In this document: in pieces, positions 59,453 to 64,000 of the stretch
Layout of the letters: each line of letters starts with the position of its first letter
How positions within the stretch are numbered: position 1 is the stretch's first letter
From: Coriobacteriia bacterium
GTDB lineage: Bacteria; Actinomycetota; Coriobacteriia; Anaerosomatales; SLCP01
DNA length: 64,000 nucleotides
Reading direction: 5' to 3'
Assembly: GCA_014859265.1 (NCBI GenBank)
Contig: JACUUN010000003.1
Coordinates: 836 to 64,835 of the forward strand
Position numbers and translations under genes: made by a program
Notes under the pieces: model-generated
The model's database searches: none
What the model saw: the letters and a program-made list of their open reading frames with translations, nothing else
What the model was told of the DNA's origin: nothing

Positions 59453-61321
59453 ATGCCATTGACGACCCAGCACTGCCACGGCCCCGGAGCAGTAATCGCA
59501 CGTGAGGGTGTCACGAGCGTCGTGCTCGTGGGCAACCCGAACGTCGGCAAGTCTGTCGTGTTCAACGCGCTCACCGGCACCTACGTTGATGTTAGCAACT
59601 TCCCTGGCACCACCGTCGAGGTCATGCGCGGGACGATGGGAGCCGCGGACGTGGTCGATACGCCCGGTGTGTACGGCGTCTCCTCCTTCAACGACGAGGA
59701 GCGCGTGGCCCGCGACGTCATTCTCGAGGCGGACGCGGTGATCAACATCGTCGACGCCGTCCATCTCGAGCGCGACCTCTTCCTGACCTTGCAGCTCATC
59801 GACATGGGCAAGCCCCTCGTCGTGTCGCTCAACATGGTCGACGAGACGCGGCCGGCCGGCGTGAAGGTCGACGCCGACCTGCTTTCCGACCTCCTCGGTG
59901 TCCCCGTGATTGAGACCGTCGCCGTGCGTGGCGATGGCATCGGCGAGCTCAAGGCCGCTCTCGCGCACGCGCGAACCGGTCACAGCGACCCCGAACTCGA
60001 CGCTGAGTTCGTGCACTTGGCCTCCCGCGTCGGGTGCCGTGCCGAGGTGCTCCTCGTGATGGAGGCCGACGACGCGGTGGCCGCACGCCACGGCATCGAG
60101 CCGGCCCCTACCGCCAGCCGAGACGAGATCTACCTTCGCCGGCGGGAGCGGGTCAACGACATCGTCGGGCACGTGGTGACCCAGACCACCGAGGGCGTCC
60201 GTTTCTCGGCCCGGCTGTCCTCGGCAATGATGAACCCGCTCACAGGATTGCCCATGCTGGCGTTGTTGCTTTGGGGCATGTACAAAGTCCTGGGCGGGTG
60301 GGTCGCGGGCGTTGTCGTCGGCCTGCTCGAGGAGACGCTCTTCATCGAGCGGGTCGTCCCGGTGGTCGAGCAGCTCGTCGGACGCGTGTTCGCCGAGGGC
60401 AGCGCGCCCTACACCATCGCAGCGGGCGAGTTCGGCGTGCTCACGATGACGCCCACCTACCTATTCGGCGTCATCCTCCCGCTGGTTACCGGGTTCTACC
60501 TGTTGCTTGCACTGCTCGAGGACTCGGGCTACCTGCCGAGAATCGCAGCACTTGCCGATCGCTCGCTGTCCTCGCTCGGCCTCAACGGCCGGGCGGTCAT
60601 CCCGCTCATCCTCGGTCTGGGATGCGTGACCATGGGTACGCTCACCACGCGTATTCTCGGCAGCAAGAGGGAGCGCTTCATCGCCACCGCGCTCATGGCG
60701 GTCGCGGTGCCCTGCTCCGCGCAGATCGCCGTCATCGCCGCGCTCATGGCCGGTGTCGGACCCGGCTACGCCGCGGCGTACTTTGGAGCGCTGCTCGTCA
60801 TCTTCGCCGGCGTCGGGACCGCACTGAACCGGCTCGTCCCCGGCGTCTCGACCGACCTGCTCATCGACCTGCCGAGCCTGCGCGTACCCCGTCTGGACAA
60901 CGTCGTGCGCAAGTCCTTCATGAAGGTCTACCATTTCATGAAGGAGGTCACACTCTTCTTCCTGATCGGCGCTCTGGCCATCTCGGTCCTCGAGGTCACC
61001 GGCGCGCTCAGCGCGATTCAGACGTTCGCTGTGCCGCTCACCGTGGGCTGGCTCGGCCTGCCCGCCGAAGCCGCGACGGCGTTCGTCATGGGCTTCGTAC
61101 GGCGCGACTTCGGCGCCGCCGGGTTCTTCACGATGAACCTCACCGCCGCCCAGCTGCTCGTCTCCATGGTCACGATCACGCTCTTTGTGCCGTGCATCGC
61201 GAGCGTCATGGTCATCTGGAAGGAGCGCGGCGCCGGGTACACGACGGGCCTGTTCGCGGCCTCGATCGGTCTCGCGTTCCTCACCGGTGGCCTGCTCGCC
61301 CGGATCGTGGGGGTGGTCTAG
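59453..61321 (+). CDS. feoB: ferrous iron transport protein B
   Basis: G1 motif VGNPNVGKSVVFNALTG, G-domain motifs DTPG and NMVD, followed by polytopic gate-motif membrane domains. Confidence 0.95.
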   Translation: MPLTTQHCHGPGAVIAREGVTSVVLVGNPNVGKSVVFNALTGTYVDVSNFPGTTVEVMRGTMGAADVVDTPGVYGVSSFNDEERVARDVILEADAVINIVDAVHLERDLFLTLQLIDMGKPLVVSLNMVDETRPAGVKVDADLLSDLLGVPVIETVAVRGDGIGELKAALAHARTGHSDPELDAEFVHLASRVGCRAEVLLVMEADDAVAARHGIEPAPTASRDEIYLRRRERVNDIVGHVVTQTTEGVRFSARLSSAMMNPLTGLPMLALLLWGMYKVLGGWVAGVVVGLLEETLFIERVVPVVEQLVGRVFAEGSAPYTIAAGEFGVLTMTPTYLFGVILPLVTGFYLLLALLEDSGYLPRIAALADRSLSSLGLNGRAVIPLILGLGCVTMGTLTTRILGSKRERFIATALMAVAVPCSAQIAVIAALMAGVGPGYAAAYFGALLVIFAGVGTALNRLVPGVSTDLLIDLPSLRVPRLDNVVRKSFMKVYHFMKEVTLFFLIGALAISVLEVTGALSAIQTFAVPLTVGWLGLPAEAATAFVMGFVRRDFGAAGFFTMNLTAAQLLVSMVTITLFVPCIASVMVIWKERGAGYTTGLFAASIGLAFLTGGLLARIVGVV

Positions 61322-61322
61322 G

Positions 61323-61619
61323 ATGAGCACGCGCGTCTGCCCGGTCTGCGGGTTCGCCGCCGAGGAGCTGCGCTGCCCCCGCTGCAACGCGGTCAAGGTG
61401 ACGTCGTGCGCGCGGGGCTGTTTGGCGTGCCGGGCCTCCGGATGCCCGTCCGGGACAAGGGGTCCCGCGATGGAGAAGCGGGCCCGCGACCGCGTGGCGA
61501 CCTGCCCGACCGGCACGTCCGTCTCGATGAGCATGAACGCACCCGCGCCGCGCTCGTCCGGCTCCGAAAGCTCGAACGAGGCGCTGTTGAGGTGGACTCT
61601 CCCAGGTCGACGACGCTGA
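61323..61619 (+). CDS. candidate Cys-rich zinc-ribbon-like small protein downstream of feoB
   Basis: The ATG is 1 nt after the feoB stop. The first 41 aa, MSTRVCPVCGFAAEELRCPRCNAVKVTSCARGCLACRASGC, carry 8 Cys, and third-codon positions there are almost all G/C. The C-terminal two-thirds is low-complexity, so the true end is uncertain. Confidence 0.4.
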   Translation: MSTRVCPVCGFAAEELRCPRCNAVKVTSCARGCLACRASGCPSGTRGPAMEKRARDRVATCPTGTSVSMSMNAPAPRSSGSESSNEALLRWTLPGRRR

Positions 61620-61894
61620 AGGAGATGTCGAGCCCAGCTTCGGCGGCGAGGGCGCTCCGCGTCACGTATGGAGAGGTCGTCCGGGGCCATCCCGAGTAGT
61701 CCCGCGGTCAGCGCCCGCCGTGTGGCTCGATGAGGACCCGGCCATCATGGGGCCTACGATGTCGAAAACGCTGCGTTGGCGTGCCATTCGCTAATCATGC
61801 CCTGTCGGGAACTCCGGATTGCGTGCCCGGTTGTCCGGCAGTATCATCGGTCAGCGCAATCGCGCAGTTCAGGCAAGCGAAGGAAGGAACGCAC

Positions 61895-62440
61895 ATGTCC
61901 CAGTCCGCACTCGGACAGAAGCAGATCACTATCCTGCTCGTTGTCGCCGCGGTCCTGCTCGTCGCCATCATCGGCATCCTCATCTGGCAGAACTCCTCAT
62001 CCCCGTCGTCGAGTTCATCGGTCCCGCCGGTCAGCACCGATTCTGCGGCCGTCACGCCTCCCGCGGGCATGGGTGCCCAGGTTCCCGAGGTGGACTTCGA
62101 CCCGGCGACCGCACCAGCGGTTCCCGAGGGAGAGACGCCGCTTGAGTATCTAACCGGCTACTACGAGGCGTGTGTCGCCAAGGAGTATGAGAAGGCATAC
62201 GGCCTGCTCCCCGTGGCCTCGCAGCAGTACTATGGTGACGCGGCCTCCTTCGCCCAGACCCTTGAGGGCTACGGCATCAGTGAGTTCTCCGTCGACGAGC
62301 CCGTCGAGAGCGACGGCACCGTCTCCATCGTCGGCTGGCAAGTCGCACAGGGTATGACGTTCGGCTACGAGTGGACCTTCGTGAAGGCCGACGACGGCAC
62401 ATGGCGGGTCAAGTCCCGCACGATGGCCGGCGCCCAGTAG
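61895..62440 (+). CDS. membrane-anchored hypothetical protein (Ser/Pro linker plus a small alpha+beta, NTF2/DUF4878-like domain)
   Basis: ATG after GAAGGAAGGA. N-terminal TM helix, poly-Ser/Pro linker and a C-terminal domain ending WTFVKADDGTWRVKS. The longer track ORF from 61730 is an extension. Confidence 0.6.
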   Translation: MSQSALGQKQITILLVVAAVLLVAIIGILIWQNSSSPSSSSSVPPVSTDSAAVTPPAGMGAQVPEVDFDPATAPAVPEGETPLEYLTGYYEACVAKEYEKAYGLLPVASQQYYGDAASFAQTLEGYGISEFSVDEPVESDGTVSIVGWQVAQGMTFGYEWTFVKADDGTWRVKSRTMAGAQ

Positions 62441-62470
62441 CACACCCGCTTTCACAGATTCGCCCCTCAC

Positions 62471-62504
62471 GCACGCCGCTCCGACTGCTGTCGGAGCGGC
62501 GTGC
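62471..62504 (+). terminator. intrinsic terminator-like hairpin
   Basis: GCACGCCGCTCCGAC-tgct-GTCGGAGCGGCGTGC, a perfect 15-bp stem, 30 nt after the preceding stop. Confidence 0.65.
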
Positions 62505-62519
62505 TAGTCTTGTCCGGTG

Positions 62520-64000
62520 ATGAGCGCAGACCTTTCCGGTTTCCTCGTTCCGGGCACCGATCCGGATGTCGCCGCATCGTACGCGGCCGCCATCGAGCGC
62601 GCCCGCGATGCGGTCTTTGGCTTCGAGGACGAGGTCGTGCTTGTAGACATCGAGACGACCGGTTTTGACCCGGGGCGCGACAGCGTGATAGAGATTGCTG
62701 CCGCGCTCATGCGGGGGCCCGAGGTTCTCAACACTTTCCAGACGCTAGTCGACCCCGGGTGCGCTATCCCGTCCGAGATCGTGAGGCTCACCGGCATCAC
62801 GGACGAGGAGGTTTCCGGTGCGCTCTCGCCCGACGCGGCGGTCTCGTCCCTCGCAGCCTTTGTCGACGGGCGCGACGTGGTCGCGCACAATGCGCCTTTC
62901 GACCGTGGTTTTCTCGATCCACTCGCCGGGAGCGGACGCTTTCCTGGCGAGTGGATCGATACGCTCCAGCTCGCCTTGATCGCGTTTCCCCGGCTTAGCA
63001 GCCATCGCCTGCGGGACCTCGTCGAGGCGTTCGGCCGAGACCGGCCCTCACACCGTGCGCCTGACGACGTCCGGGCGCTCTGCACCGTATGGCGCACGGC
63101 GCTCTGCGGCCTGGACGACCTGGGTCCGGCGCTCCTCGGCAGGCTCGCCTCACTTGCTCCCGCGACCGAATGGTCCGCCCGGAAGGTGCTGGCCCATCTC
63201 GCCGCAGGCTCCCGGGCGAGCGCCTTCGACCTCGCCGACACGCGCAAGTCACGTGCGGGCGCTGAGCGCGCGACTGCCCTGCCCGACGCCGGCGACTTCG
63301 AGTGCGCGTGTCCGGAACCGGAGGAGATCGCCGCCGAGTTTTCGGCAGGCGGCATCGCCGGGCGCATGTACCGGGGTTACGAGCACCGCCAGGAGCAGGC
63401 GCAGATGGCCCGTGCGGTCACGGGCGCCTTCTCGGGGGGTACGTGCACCGCGGTCGAGGCGGGGACCGGCGTGGGCAAGTCGCTCGCCTACCTCGTCCCC
63501 GCAGCCCGCTTCGCGCTGCTCAACAACATCGGCGTGGGCATTGCGACCAAGACGAACGCGCTCATGGATCAGCTCGTATACGGTGAGCTTCCCGCGCTCT
63601 GCTCGGCTCTCGATGAGCCGTTGCGCTTCGTCGCGCTCAAGGGCTACGAGCACTACATCTGCCTGCGCAAGCTCGACCGGTTCGCCTCCGGCCTCGATGA
63701 CTCCGATCCGGACACGGTCGGCGCTGCTGCTGTGCTGGTCGCGTGGGTGTCTCAGAGCGCCTGGGGCGACCTTGCGGCCACCAACGTCCACTTACGCCGC
63801 GAGGTTCGCGCCGAGGTCACGGCGTCAGTGGCTGACTGCACCCGCAAACGCTGCCGCTACTATCCGCACCTGTGCTACGTGCACGGGGTGAGACGGCGCT
63901 CCTCTTCGGCACACGTGGTCGTCACAAACCACGCGCTGCTCTTCCGCGACGTGGTCGCCGACGGCGGGATCCTCCCGCCGATACGCCATTGGATCGTCGA
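62520..64000 (+). CDS. dinG: bifunctional DnaQ-like 3-prime-5-prime exonuclease / DinG-family ATP-dependent DNA helicase (partial, continues beyond the window)
   Basis: Own translation. Exo I VLVDIETTGFDP, Exo II VAHNAPFDRGFL, Exo III HRAPDDV. Then helicase Walker A AGTGVGKSLAYLVPA and the Fe-S Cys cluster region (YICLRK..., CTRKRCRYYPHLC). The ORF is open to the window end, so it is absent from the ORF track. Confidence 0.88.
   Translation, partial: MSADLSGFLVPGTDPDVAASYAAAIERARDAVFGFEDEVVLVDIETTGFDPGRDSVIEIAAALMRGPEVLNTFQTLVDPGCAIPSEIVRLTGITDEEVSGALSPDAAVSSLAAFVDGRDVVAHNAPFDRGFLDPLAGSGRFPGEWIDTLQLALIAFPRLSSHRLRDLVEAFGRDRPSHRAPDDVRALCTVWRTALCGLDDLGPALLGRLASLAPATEWSARKVLAHLAAGSRASAFDLADTRKSRAGAERATALPDAGDFECACPEPEEIAAEFSAGGIAGRMYRGYEHRQEQAQMARAVTGAFSGGTCTAVEAGTGVGKSLAYLVPAARFALLNNIGVGIATKTNALMDQLVYGELPALCSALDEPLRFVALKGYEHYICLRKLDRFASGLDDSDPDTVGAAAVLVAWVSQSAWGDLAATNVHLRREVRAEVTASVADCTRKRCRYYPHLCYVHGVRRRSSSAHVVVTNHALLFRDVVADGGILPPIRHWIV

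Noticed and set aside
61393-61699. Other ORFs in the post-feoB region: 61393..61665 (-) and 61406..61699 (+).
   Set aside because: Their products are Arg/Ser/Pro-rich with no motifs. The plus-frame ORF starting at 61323 is the only one with a coupled start and a structured (Cys-rich) N-terminus, and even that call is low confidence.

Overview
This looks like the origin-proximal part of a high-GC, Actinomycetota-like chromosome. GC was judged by eye, not computed. FeoAB, a reverse rubrerythrin and apparent selenocysteine use suggest an anaerobe, but that is inference.

The conserved replication core is complete:
- Minus strand: dnaA-dnaN-recF-DUF721(DciA-like)-gyrB-(membrane ORF)-gyrA.
- Plus strand, divergent: rpmH-rnpA-yidD-yidC-jag-(spacer with 2 parS)-rsmG-parA-parB.
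- DnaA-box clusters lie both upstream of dnaA and between dnaA and dnaN.

Other content:
- two ABC-2 permeases
- a 9-gene Mrp/Mbh-type cation/proton antiporter cluster with three MrpD paralogues and no MrpA
- amt followed by two tandem PII genes, with a GlnR-type box upstream
- a giant (about 2,900 aa) cyclic beta-1,2-glucan synthase plus a CFA-synthase family methyltransferase
- a MacAB/HlyD-type efflux system
- rlmN, reverse rubrerythrin, htrA, an MFS pump and ddl
- a P-type ATPase flanked by a 41-aa leader ORF and a sensor-less histidine kinase
- feoAB with a Cys-rich trailing ORF
- a partial dinG
- two tRNAs, Ala-TGC and Ile-GAT

No CRISPR array, transposase, integrase or rRNA was seen.

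Most interesting observations:
1. A rhodanese ORF and a thioredoxin ORF are in one frame, separated by a single TGA. The TGA falls exactly on the first Cys of the W-C-x-x-C motif and a SECIS-like hairpin follows it. This is a candidate membrane-anchored rhodanese-thioredoxin selenoprotein.
2. A GHKL-ATPase plus winged-helix gene sits directly upstream of dnaA, inside the DnaA-box region.
3. About 400 nt downstream of the selenoprotein candidate is lower-GC, ORF-free and rich in hairpins. It could not be assigned to any RNA family by eye.

Most long ORFs antisense to these genes are high-GC shadow ORFs and were rejected.
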